Shown: positions 39,338 to 47,780 of the stretch, in pieces
Numbering within the stretch: the stretch's first letter is position 1
How the letters are laid out: the number at the start of each line of letters is the position of its first letter
Assembly: GCA_038222225.1 (NCBI GenBank)
Contig: JBBRHV010000004.1
Location: 6,778 to 70,777, forward strand
Length of the DNA stretch: 64,000 bases
Reading direction: 5' to 3'
Source of the DNA: Candidatus Omnitrophota bacterium
Lineage (GTDB): Bacteria > Omnitrophota > Gorgyraeia > Zapsychrales > JANLHA01
Program-made: the position numbers and the translations under genes
Notes under the pieces: model-generated
What the model saw: the letters and a program-made list of their open reading frames with translations, nothing else
Told to the model about the DNA's origin: nothing
Databases searched by the model: none

Positions 39338-41859
39338 TTCTCCCCCTCCTGGGTCAAACATATTTTACGCTTCGAACTGAAAAAACAAATGGCAGCTCCG
39401 GCCGCCACCACCGCGATGCTGATGAAGACCGTCAACGGCCAGGACAAAATCGAATAACCGAGCAGCACATAGACCACGGCCACCGCCACAAAGACCGAAA
39501 CCAGCACGCATTGCCCGCAATGACAGCTCATGCCCTTCTCATGATGCTCAAAAATCATGACCGGCTTAAATGAAATCAGGGCCGGTATAATGAACAAAGT
39601 CGCTACACTAGAGACAGCCATGATCGCGAACATAAAAAATCCAACTGTCTTATACGGAACCAGAGGCGCGGCCAACAACGGCAAAAATCCGATCGCTACG
39701 ACCAGCGCGTTTCGGACGATCGCTCTGCCCGGCCCTTTAAACATTTCATCAGCGGTTTTTTCCCAATCGTTGTTTGTATCATGGATCTCGATCGCCCGCT
39801 GAATAAAGTGGATCGCGAAATCGATCGACAATCCTAAAGTCAGAGCCGACAGCACCGCCACCGGCATATCATAATCTTTCCCAATCAACCCTAAAAGACC
39901 GTAAATAAAGAGAATCGTGACCGTGAGCGGGATCATGGAGATCAGCGCTTTCACCGGTGAACGGAACAAAACCAGCATCATAAACAGCACAATAACAAAA
40001 CTCCCCAAAAAATTTACCAGCATCCCTCCGACCATATTATTTTGCCAGACAACGTTGATATATGTCTTTCCCGCCCAGTTGTAGGTAAGGGCGAACGGCG
40101 GCGGGCTCTTCTCGATATACGCATTGGTAAACTGAACCACCTTGCTCATGTCTTTGTTGTCCCCGCTTCGAAGCTGCAGCCACAGGTTGAGCTTGGAATA
40201 ATCCGGCGTCACCAAATGCCAGAGGTCATCGGGTTTGTGAGAATTTTCAAACGAGATCAAGGTCTGGGCTATGGCCGGCTGTGAATCCGGAATGACCGAG
40301 TTTAATTTATCCCCACCGAGCAGCTCATAATAAATCTTTTTAACCATGTCAGCCAACGATAGGGATTTTCCTACCAATCCACTGTTCTGCAAAGCCTGCT
40401 GCAAGGTTTCGATATAGCGCAACATCTCCGGTTTGGTAAAAACCTCCTGCTCTTTGTCTTTGGACTCAAAAACCACATACGCTTGATAAGTTCCGGCAAA
40501 ATGTTTATTTAAGATGCGGTCAGCCACGCGGATCGGATGCTTGGCCGTAAACCAGCGCACCGGATTATCATTGACTTGAATACGGGTGACTCCATAGATC
40601 GAAACACCGATCAACAGAACTGTGACCATTAAAATGGCCTTGTAGTGCTTCACACCCATGGTCTTTGTAAATAACAGAAAACGGTCTAAAAGATGATGTT
40701 TCTCATTCTCCTGCGGAGCAACCCGACCGAAACTTTCTAGCGATTTCTCCTTGATCAACATCACATACGCCGGAACAAATACGATCGTGAGTACCCATGC
40801 GATCATGACCCCAATGGCCACATACACGCCAAACACCTGCACCGGCGGAATTGGCGAGAACGACAGAGAAAAAAACCCGACCGCTGAGGTGAGACTGGTA
40901 AAAAGCATCGGGCTGAACAGTTCATCCATCACAAAACGGATCGTCTTCTCCCGGTCTTTAAACTTCTGGTATTTATCGAAAAATTCACTTAAGATATGCA
41001 CCGAATCCAAAACCGAGATCGGCATCAGAAAGATCGGAATCATGGAACTCATGATATGAACCGGAAACCCGCATCCGATCATCAGCCCCATGGTCATCGC
41101 GACCGTCGCCAGGGCCACTAGCATCGGCGCCACGATTAGCAGGATCGATTTAAAAAATGACCACATCAACAGAAAAATAACCAACCCTGCCAACGGAGCT
41201 GAAATCGCCATTTGCTTGAACATCTCCGCGCCGAATTGATCCTCAGCCACCGGCAAACCCGTAATATAGTAGTTCTCTTCTCCTTTATACTGCACGGTCG
41301 TGGCGCGGATCTTTTGCGCCACTTCATAACTTAATGTCTTATCCTTGATCGGAATGTAGAGCGCCATCATCTTTCCGTCTTCGGAAACAATGGTTCCGGC
41401 AAACATTGGATGGCTCTCGGCCGCAGCGCGAATGGCAATCGCCTCTTGTTCAGTTTTAGGCGGCGCATCCATCAGCCATTTGAATTTCACCGCGCCGATA
41501 CCATCCTGCTCAATATTGTCTTTCGTTGAAGGGGCCATCAGTTCATAGGCGATCACCCCATCAAGATCTTTGATTTTGTTGGTCAGCTCATAGATCTTTG
41601 TTAATGTCGCGACATTGAACACCCCGTTAGGGTTTTGGTCATTAACGATCCCTAAGACCACAAAATCATAAAGGCTGAATTCTTTTTTCATCTGCTTGTC
41701 AAAGATGCGGACCGGTGCCTTGGCCGGAAGCATGTTCTCAGGATCTGTGTCGATCTTGATCTTGGTAAATTGCACAAGCGAAAGCGCCACCGCAATCGCA
41801 GTAATTGCCATCACCCATTTAGGTTTTCGAATGGCTGCTGAAATCAACTTTTGGATCAT
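39334..41859 (-). CDS. MMPL/RND-family transporter
   Basis: DTDPENML, two periplasmic loops, TM motifs DSVHILSEF and GLSIDFAIHF, plus an extra Cys-rich 2-TM C-terminal tail. Confidence 0.93.
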   Translation of the reverse strand: MIQKLISAAIRKPKWVMAITAIAVALSLVQFTKIKIDTDPENMLPAKAPVRIFDKQMKKEFSLYDFVVLGIVNDQNPNGVFNVATLTKIYELTNKIKDLDGVIAYELMAPSTKDNIEQDGIGAVKFKWLMDAPPKTEQEAIAIRAAAESHPMFAGTIVSEDGKMMALYIPIKDKTLSYEVAQKIRATTVQYKGEENYYITGLPVAEDQFGAEMFKQMAISAPLAGLVIFLLMWSFFKSILLIVAPMLVALATVAMTMGLMIGCGFPVHIMSSMIPIFLMPISVLDSVHILSEFFDKYQKFKDREKTIRFVMDELFSPMLFTSLTSAVGFFSLSFSPIPPVQVFGVYVAIGVMIAWVLTIVFVPAYVMLIKEKSLESFGRVAPQENEKHHLLDRFLLFTKTMGVKHYKAILMVTVLLIGVSIYGVTRIQVNDNPVRWFTAKHPIRVADRILNKHFAGTYQAYVVFESKDKEQEVFTKPEMLRYIETLQQALQNSGLVGKSLSLADMVKKIYYELLGGDKLNSVIPDSQPAIAQTLISFENSHKPDDLWHLVTPDYSKLNLWLQLRSGDNKDMSKVVQFTNAYIEKSPPPFALTYNWAGKTYINVVWQNNMVGGMLVNFLGSFVIVLFMMLVLFRSPVKALISMIPLTVTILFIYGLLGLIGKDYDMPVAVLSALTLGLSIDFAIHFIQRAIEIHDTNNDWEKTADEMFKGPGRAIVRNALVVAIGFLPLLAAPLVPYKTVGFFMFAIMAVSSVATLFIIPALISFKPVMIFEHHEKGMSCHCGQCVLVSVFVAVAVVYVLLGYSILSWPLTVFISIAVVAAGAAICFFSSKRKICLTQEGEK

Positions 41860-41879
41860 TTCCCTCTCCTTGCAGGCAT
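41856..41879 (-). other. 7-codon mini-ORF (MPARRGK*) coupled to the MMPL start
   Basis: AGGAG SD upstream of ATG 41879; its TGA overlaps the MMPL ATG (ATGA). Confidence 0.4.
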
Positions 41880-41919
41880 ATAAACTCCTGCGGTATAAAT
41901 CCTCCCCCTCCTGAAAAAA

Positions 41920-42183
41920 TTATTTCTTCAGGATCCGGATGATCTCCTTGATCTGCGGATCAACCACCCGGTAACACGATCTAACCCCATCCTTGCGTAC
42001 CTCTATAATACCCCTGGACTTTAAAATTGCCAGATGCTGCGAAACCGTGGACTGCGGCAACCCCAGGGCATTCATAATCTTGGTTACATTGCATTCTCCG
42101 GCACTGAGTCCCTCCACCATTTGAAGGCGGACCGGGTGGGCGATCGCTTTGAGTTTTTCACTGATGATATTGTAATCGGTCAT
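41920..42183 (-). CDS. ArsR/SmtB-family transcriptional repressor
   Basis: Motifs LKAIAHPVRLQ, ECNV and QSTVSQHLAILK. Promoter TTGACA (42233-42228), 17 nt, TAATAT. Confidence 0.93.
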   Translation of the reverse strand: MTDYNIISEKLKAIAHPVRLQMVEGLSAGECNVTKIMNALGLPQSTVSQHLAILKSRGIIEVRKDGVRSCYRVVDPQIKEIIRILKK

Positions 42184-42289
42184 TTCTTTTATCCTTTTAT
42201 CCAAATATTACGATATAACGATTAATTTGTCAAGAAAAAAGACACGCGCCTAAAACTAACCAACTTTTAATTATGGCGTGTGCCGGGCT

Positions 42290-42670
42290 TTATGACTTAA
42301 TTAATCGAACAACATACGGTCCCAATACCAATAATCCGATAAACACAGACCCAATGGCTGAGATCAACACCGCCGCCGCTGCCACATCCTTAGCCTGCTC
42401 AACCAGAGGATGAAACCCAGGAGAAGCCACGTCAGCCAGAAATTCAAAAGCCGTATTCAGAGCTTCGGCAGTCCAGACAGCCATAATCGCTAATATCAAC
42501 CAGCACCATTCGAAAGCTGTGATTTGAAAAAAGAACCCTGCCCCGATTACCATTGCAGTCACGCAGACATAAATCCAGGCATTGTGCTGGGTTTTCAGCA
42601 TGCTCCATAATCCGCGGAATGCAAATTTGAAGCTCCGGACTCGTTCTGAAAATTGGAATGGTTTTTTCAT
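42290..42670 (-). CDS. dgkA: Diacylglycerol/undecaprenol kinase family protein
   Basis: Motifs SFKFAFRG, EALNTAFE and AKDVAAAAVL. Confidence 0.9.
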   Translation of the reverse strand: MKKPFQFSERVRSFKFAFRGLWSMLKTQHNAWIYVCVTAMVIGAGFFFQITAFEWCWLILAIMAVWTAEALNTAFEFLADVASPGFHPLVEQAKDVAAAAVLISAIGSVFIGLLVLGPYVVRLIKS

Positions 42671-42806
42671 AGTCGTGCTTAATGAATATCGCGCGTTAAA
42701 AAGTGACGCCACCTAACGTAAACGGCAATATTATACACCAATTCATTCAAATGTTGTTCTTTTTGATGTAGGAATGAAGACACATTTCGCCGACCATTCC
42801 GAATTC

Positions 42807-42822
42807 GTAGGTTATAACCTAC
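42807..42822. terminator. 16-bp perfect palindrome downstream of hydG (possible weak terminator or operator)
   Basis: GTAGGTTATAACCTAC about 18 nt after the hydG stop; no U-tract. Confidence 0.35.
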
Positions 42823-42840
42823 CAAGTTGCCGCGATTTAT

Positions 42841-44337
42841 TTAGAGATAAAGGTCCCGCTCACCGGCTTCGATGCGGCGGTAGTAATTCATGAAGAGGTC
42901 AAAGGTTTGCGGATTGGTCTGGCGGATCTGAGCGATCTCGCGCTCAATGATCGGAATGCTAAGTTTGCGGGTTTCTTCCCCGGCAAAATCATCCACCCAT
43001 TCTTTAAAAGTGAGCACAGCGTTGAGCTTGCAGAACTTCCCTTCCTGACCATTACGCAGAAGTTCCATGATGCACTCCCCGGTCCGGCCGCAGCGGTACC
43101 CGGCCGTGCAAAAAGAAGTAATATAGCCCATACGGGCAAATTCAGCGATCACATCTTCCAAACTGCGGGTATCGCCTAGTAAAAACTGCTGAGTCTTCTC
43201 ATCTTGAAGGCTCGCCGTCTTTTGATATCCGCCGAGACCTATGTTAGAGGATGCGTCGGTTTGGGTGATCCCCATCTCGATCGCTTCCCTGCGCATCGCC
43301 GCGTTCTCGCGGGCGGTAATGATCATTCCGGCATGCGGGATCGCCAAACGCAAAACCAGGATCAATTTCTTAAAATCTTCATCCGAGACGCGGTGTTTGC
43401 TGAATTGATCCGCGTTCGTATTTAAAGCCGGCTCAAGCCTCGGAAACGAAACCGTATGCGGCCCGATCCCAAAACGACTCTCAAGTTCCAGCGAATGATA
43501 CACCAACCCCATGACATCAAACCGCCAATCCGCCAGCCCAAAGAGCGCGCCTATTCCCACATCATCAATGCCGGCCTCCAGTGCCCGATGCATGGCATAG
43601 AGCCGCCAACGGTAATGCCCTTTGATCGTATTCAATGGATGAACGTCGCGGTACGTCGGCAAGTGATAGGTTTCCTGAAACACCTGATACGTCCCGATCC
43701 CCGCGTCACGGATTTTCTTAAGATCAACGATGGAAAACGGTGGGGCATTGACATTCACCCGACGGATGTAGGACTCATGCCCGTTAACCTTCGGTTTGAC
43801 GTTATAGATCGTCTTAATGCTCGACACAATAAAATCCACATCATTACGCGGGTGCTCGCCATAGACAACGATCAGGCGCTTATGACCGATCTTGCCGGCT
43901 AAAGCCTCAACCTCTTTAACGATCTCCCAGGGAGCCAGCACTTTGCGTTCTGCGGTCTCGTTCTCGCTTTTAAACCCGCAGTAGCTGCAGTTGTTCACAC
44001 AGTAATTGCCTAAATACAACGGGGCAAAGGTGACGATGCGGTTGTCATAGACTTTGAGCTTAACTTTAAGCGCAGTCTGCTTCATTTCCTGCAGAAGCTG
44101 CGGGTCCTCGACATTGAGAAGGACCGCGGTCTCTGCCGGCGACAAATTCTGGATCGCCAGCGATTTCGCCAGAATGTCCCTTACCTGCTGCGGATCAGGA
44201 TCCTTGTGGCGCCCCAAAATCAGCGGAATCTCATCCTGCGGAATAAAATCCCTGCCGCCTACGAGATATTTGTCGATCTCATCCTGACAAATACGCTGCT
44301 CGAGCCACGTCGGTTGTTTTACTTCTGAAGTAAACAT
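42841..44337 (-). CDS. hydG: [FeFe]-hydrogenase H-cluster radical SAM maturase HydG
   Basis: FAPLYLGNYCVNNCSYC, YQVFQETYH, GPHTVSFPR and the auxiliary motif CTAGYRC-X19-C. Confidence 0.96.
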   Translation of the reverse strand: MFTSEVKQPTWLEQRICQDEIDKYLVGGRDFIPQDEIPLILGRHKDPDPQQVRDILAKSLAIQNLSPAETAVLLNVEDPQLLQEMKQTALKVKLKVYDNRIVTFAPLYLGNYCVNNCSYCGFKSENETAERKVLAPWEIVKEVEALAGKIGHKRLIVVYGEHPRNDVDFIVSSIKTIYNVKPKVNGHESYIRRVNVNAPPFSIVDLKKIRDAGIGTYQVFQETYHLPTYRDVHPLNTIKGHYRWRLYAMHRALEAGIDDVGIGALFGLADWRFDVMGLVYHSLELESRFGIGPHTVSFPRLEPALNTNADQFSKHRVSDEDFKKLILVLRLAIPHAGMIITARENAAMRREAIEMGITQTDASSNIGLGGYQKTASLQDEKTQQFLLGDTRSLEDVIAEFARMGYITSFCTAGYRCGRTGECIMELLRNGQEGKFCKLNAVLTFKEWVDDFAGEETRKLSIPIIEREIAQIRQTNPQTFDLFMNYYRRIEAGERDLYL

Positions 44338-45590
44338 TCCACTCCTGTAGATGCGCTGGCCGTCTGATAAACTTTTAGCGCGTCGCTAAACGGCATCAAC
44401 ACCCGCTCCAGAACGCCCTGCGTATACGAAATACAAATTCCGTAATTAGTAATCCGGACCGAACTCTTGCGAGCCTCGGTAATGCGGCCCAGCATTTCTT
44501 TGCGGGTCAGCATACATCCCCCGCAATGAACAATCAATTGATACTGCGATAAATCTTTGGGGAAATCACGGCCGGTACAATATTCGATTCTCAAATCTTT
44601 TCCGGTGGAATTTTTCAGCCCGCGCGGAATTTTAACCCGGGCGATATCTTCGTCAATCGCATGATGCGTACAAGCTTCCGCGATCAGAACCCGGTCCCCG
44701 TCCTTCAAATCTTTGATCTTGGCAGCACCGCGAACCTGTTCCGTCAGGTCGCCTTTAAACCGAGACAACAGCGTCGAAAACGTGGTCACCTTAACATCTT
44801 GAGCGGTCTGACGGATCACCTCTCCCACCACCGGTGAATCGCAAATGACAAGATCCGGACTCTTCGACAAACGGGCCAGGGCTTGAACATACTCGGTCTC
44901 TTTAACGATCAAAGTCATCATGGAATGATCCAAGGCCTCACGGATCGCCTGAACCTGTAGCATTTTAATCCGGCCTTTGGGAGCTTCTAAATCGATCGGA
45001 GCCACCAAAAGCGCCAACCCTCCCTGAGGAATCAAATCTGCCATCAAATGAGGCGTGCGGTAATACTCATACGGAGACACTTTCAACATGCCGTGTTCCA
45101 ACCGAGTCACGCTGTCCTGACGGTTTGACCAGTCGGTGCTCGAACACAACAAAACATCATCGGCTTCCGCCTTCAGGCGGTTGATAAATCCTTCCGACGG
45201 TTTTTTCAGGTCAAGCTTATTGACCACAGCCACAACCGGAGTTTTAGTCTCCCGCGCTTGCGCGATGACATCTCTCTCATAATCCGTCCAGACATCGGCT
45301 TCCGTAACCAGCATGATCACATCCGAACGCGTCATCACGCGCCGCGTCCTTTCCCGTCGCATCTCGCCCAACGCGGTCTGGTCATCTAAACCCGCTGTAT
45401 CCAAAAACACAACCGGCCCCACCGAATGCAGCTCCATGGTCTTTTCAACCACGTCAGTCGTTGTCCCCGGGACATCCGATGTGATGGACACATCCTGCCC
45501 AGCGATCATATTCAGAAAACTGGACTTTCCCACATTAGTGCGACCGAATAGCCCGATCTGCAATCGTAACGCTTTTGGTGTTGTTAACAT
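44319..45590 (-). CDS. hydF: [FeFe]-hydrogenase maturation GTPase HydF
   Basis: Motifs GRTNVGKSS, GTTTD, DTAG, NKLD, EACTHH and HCGGC. Confidence 0.97.
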   Translation of the reverse strand: MLTTPKALRLQIGLFGRTNVGKSSFLNMIAGQDVSITSDVPGTTTDVVEKTMELHSVGPVVFLDTAGLDDQTALGEMRRERTRRVMTRSDVIMLVTEADVWTDYERDVIAQARETKTPVVAVVNKLDLKKPSEGFINRLKAEADDVLLCSSTDWSNRQDSVTRLEHGMLKVSPYEYYRTPHLMADLIPQGGLALLVAPIDLEAPKGRIKMLQVQAIREALDHSMMTLIVKETEYVQALARLSKSPDLVICDSPVVGEVIRQTAQDVKVTTFSTLLSRFKGDLTEQVRGAAKIKDLKDGDRVLIAEACTHHAIDEDIARVKIPRGLKNSTGKDLRIEYCTGRDFPKDLSQYQLIVHCGGCMLTRKEMLGRITEARKSSVRITNYGICISYTQGVLERVLMPFSDALKVYQTASASTGVECLLQK

Positions 45591-45608
45591 CTACGGTCTC
45601 CTCGACTC

Positions 45609-45998
45609 CTATGATTTTCGAATATAATTTTGAACTGTCTTTAAAAATAATTCCGGATTGATGGGCTTCTCCAAAAACGCTTTTGCCGGAACAAGGACTT
45701 CACCGGTCTGATAATCATAAGCAAATTCACCGACTTTTTTAATCCCCGAGACAATAATGACCGGAGTATGTCTGGTGGTTTCATTGGCATGAAGCGCCTT
45801 TGCGACATTAAACCCTTCCGAATCATCCGCCATCATGACATCCAGCGAAATCAGGTCCGGATTGATCTCTTTAGCCTTCTTCACGCCCTGCTGGCCGTTG
45901 TTGGCGGTCGCGACTGTATATCCGTTGGCCTCCAATAAGGCCTTAACGGCTTCAATAAAATCCTGGTCATCATCAATCATCAAAATTGTGTTTGCCAT
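45609..45998 (-). CDS. Stand-alone response regulator receiver
   Basis: IDDD acidic pocket, D53 (LISLDVMM), VSG and EKP; no output domain. Confidence 0.93.
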   Translation of the reverse strand: MANTILMIDDDQDFIEAVKALLEANGYTVATANNGQQGVKKAKEINPDLISLDVMMADDSEGFNVAKALHANETTRHTPVIIVSGIKKVGEFAYDYQTGEVLVPAKAFLEKPINPELFLKTVQNYIRKS

Positions 45999-46012
45999 TC
46001 CTTCCCCCCTGT

Positions 46013-47758
46013 TTAACGTTTGTACTCCGGTCGTGGTTTGTACTTTGTATGCAGCAAATGATGCGCTTTTTCGCCTAGCGGAGCACCCAAAAACTCCTCA
46101 TAGAGTTTTTTTACAAACGGGTTTTCGTGACTGTAACGGACGGCACAAGATTCGTCATCATCATACAAACCCTGCGCGCGTGCCAAACGCACTTCATTGC
46201 TCACACCATACGGCTGCCCGCCGCCGCCAATGCATCCCCCCGGACAGGCCATGACTTCAATAAAATGATAGGGCAAAGGTTCATTGTTTTCCTTGGCCTG
46301 ACGAACTTTGCTAAGCACATATTCTACATTACTTAAACCGTGCGCAACAGCAATATTTACGGTTGAACCCTGAATGGTGACCGATGTTTCCTTCACTCCC
46401 TCCAGCCCCCTCACATCCATAAATTCAACGTCTTTCAGATTCTCTTTGGTAATAAAATTATAGGCCGTGCGCAACGCCGCTTCCATCACGCCGCCGGTCG
46501 CCCCGAAGATCGTCCCGGCGCCGGAATAATCACCCATAAGGTGATCCGAATCTTCATCAGGAAGATGTTCAAAATCGATTCCGGACTGTTTAATCATACG
46601 GATCAGTTCCCGGGTCGTTATAACGTAATCCGTATCCTGATAACCTGAGGAAAACATGTCCTGGCTGCGGTTGATCTCATACTTTTTTGCCGTACACGGC
46701 ATGATCGAAACCACCACCACCTTCGCCGGATCGATCTTATGAGTCTGAGGATAATACGTCTTAGCCAAAGCGCCCATGATCTCCTGCGGAGACTTCGCAG
46801 AAGAAAAATGCTCGATCATGTCGGTATGAAATTTCTCCATAAAATCCACCCAAGACGGGCAACAGGTTGTGATCAACGGCAACGGCCCCTTTTTATACAC
46901 AAACCGCTGAACAAATTCACTGGCCTCCTCCATGATCGTCACATCGGCGGAAAAATTGGTGTCAAAGACCGCTTTAAACCCGATCCGTCTTAACAGGGCA
47001 TACAGTTTGCGTGTCAGATTCGTTCCCGGCTTCATGCCGAACCCTTCTCCGACCGCTACGCGCACTGACGGCGCGATCTGCACAACACAATGCTTATCTG
47101 GATCCTGCAAAACGTCCCAGACGTTCTGCGTATCGTCCTGCTCAAAAATAGCCCCGGTCGGACAATGAGCAGCGCACTGCCCGCATCGCACACACGGAGA
47201 ATCACCAAGCTTAATATCACCGGCGGCCGAGATTCGAGTCTCCACGCCGCGCTCCAAAAATGAAAGAGCCCAGACATTCTGTGTTTCCTGACAAACCGTC
47301 ACACAACGGCCGCATTTGATGCACTTACTCGGCTCCAAAACAATCGTTCCCGTTGAACGATCGATAGGAAGATCCCTCACAACTTTTTTAAAACCTTCAT
47401 CCCGGATACCGAAATCAGAGACCATGCTCTGAAGTTCACAGTTATTGTTGCGGCCACACTTCAAACAATCATTAGGGTGATTGGACAGGATCAGCTCCAG
47501 GACCGTCCGCCGGGTCGCAACCAGTTCAGGGTCATGTGTGATAATGTCCATCCCCTCCCCAATCGGCGTGCAGCAGGAACGGATCATCTTACGCGTTCCC
47601 TTAACCTTGACGATGCAGACTCCGCAGGCGCCGCTCGCCACGACATCCGGGTGTTTACATAAAGTCGGAATATTAACCTGAACCTGCTTGGCCACATCCA
47701 GAATGGTCGCGCCTTCTTCAAACTCGACCGGGAGATCATTGATAATTGCTTTTCCCAT
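46013..47758 (-). CDS. hydA: [FeFe]-hydrogenase catalytic subunit (group A, HydA/HndD-type)
   Basis: [2Fe-2S] (IPTLC...CGVC...C), HPNDCLKC..NNNC, 2x[4Fe-4S], and H-cluster motifs TTCCPSW, MPCTAKKYE and EVMACPGGCIGGGGQP. Confidence 0.97.
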   Translation of the reverse strand: MGKAIINDLPVEFEEGATILDVAKQVQVNIPTLCKHPDVVASGACGVCIVKVKGTRKMIRSCCTPIGEGMDIITHDPELVATRRTVLELILSNHPNDCLKCGRNNNCELQSMVSDFGIRDEGFKKVVRDLPIDRSTGTIVLEPSKCIKCGRCVTVCQETQNVWALSFLERGVETRISAAGDIKLGDSPCVRCGQCAAHCPTGAIFEQDDTQNVWDVLQDPDKHCVVQIAPSVRVAVGEGFGMKPGTNLTRKLYALLRRIGFKAVFDTNFSADVTIMEEASEFVQRFVYKKGPLPLITTCCPSWVDFMEKFHTDMIEHFSSAKSPQEIMGALAKTYYPQTHKIDPAKVVVVSIMPCTAKKYEINRSQDMFSSGYQDTDYVITTRELIRMIKQSGIDFEHLPDEDSDHLMGDYSGAGTIFGATGGVMEAALRTAYNFITKENLKDVEFMDVRGLEGVKETSVTIQGSTVNIAVAHGLSNVEYVLSKVRQAKENNEPLPYHFIEVMACPGGCIGGGGQPYGVSNEVRLARAQGLYDDDESCAVRYSHENPFVKKLYEEFLGAPLGEKAHHLLHTKYKPRPEYKR

Positions 47759-47780
47759 GAATAAAACTCCTCTTTAAACT

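Noticed and set aside
42241-42840. dgkA as an integron cassette (GTTAGGT-like site near 42711-42717 and imperfect inverted repeats)
   Set aside because: No convincing attC R/L box pairing and no integrase in the window.
46013-47758. HydA as a sensory (group C) hydrogenase because of the neighbouring signalling genes
   Set aside because: The H-cluster motifs are the canonical catalytic ones (TCCP, MPC..KK.E, MACPGGC) and there is no PAS domain.
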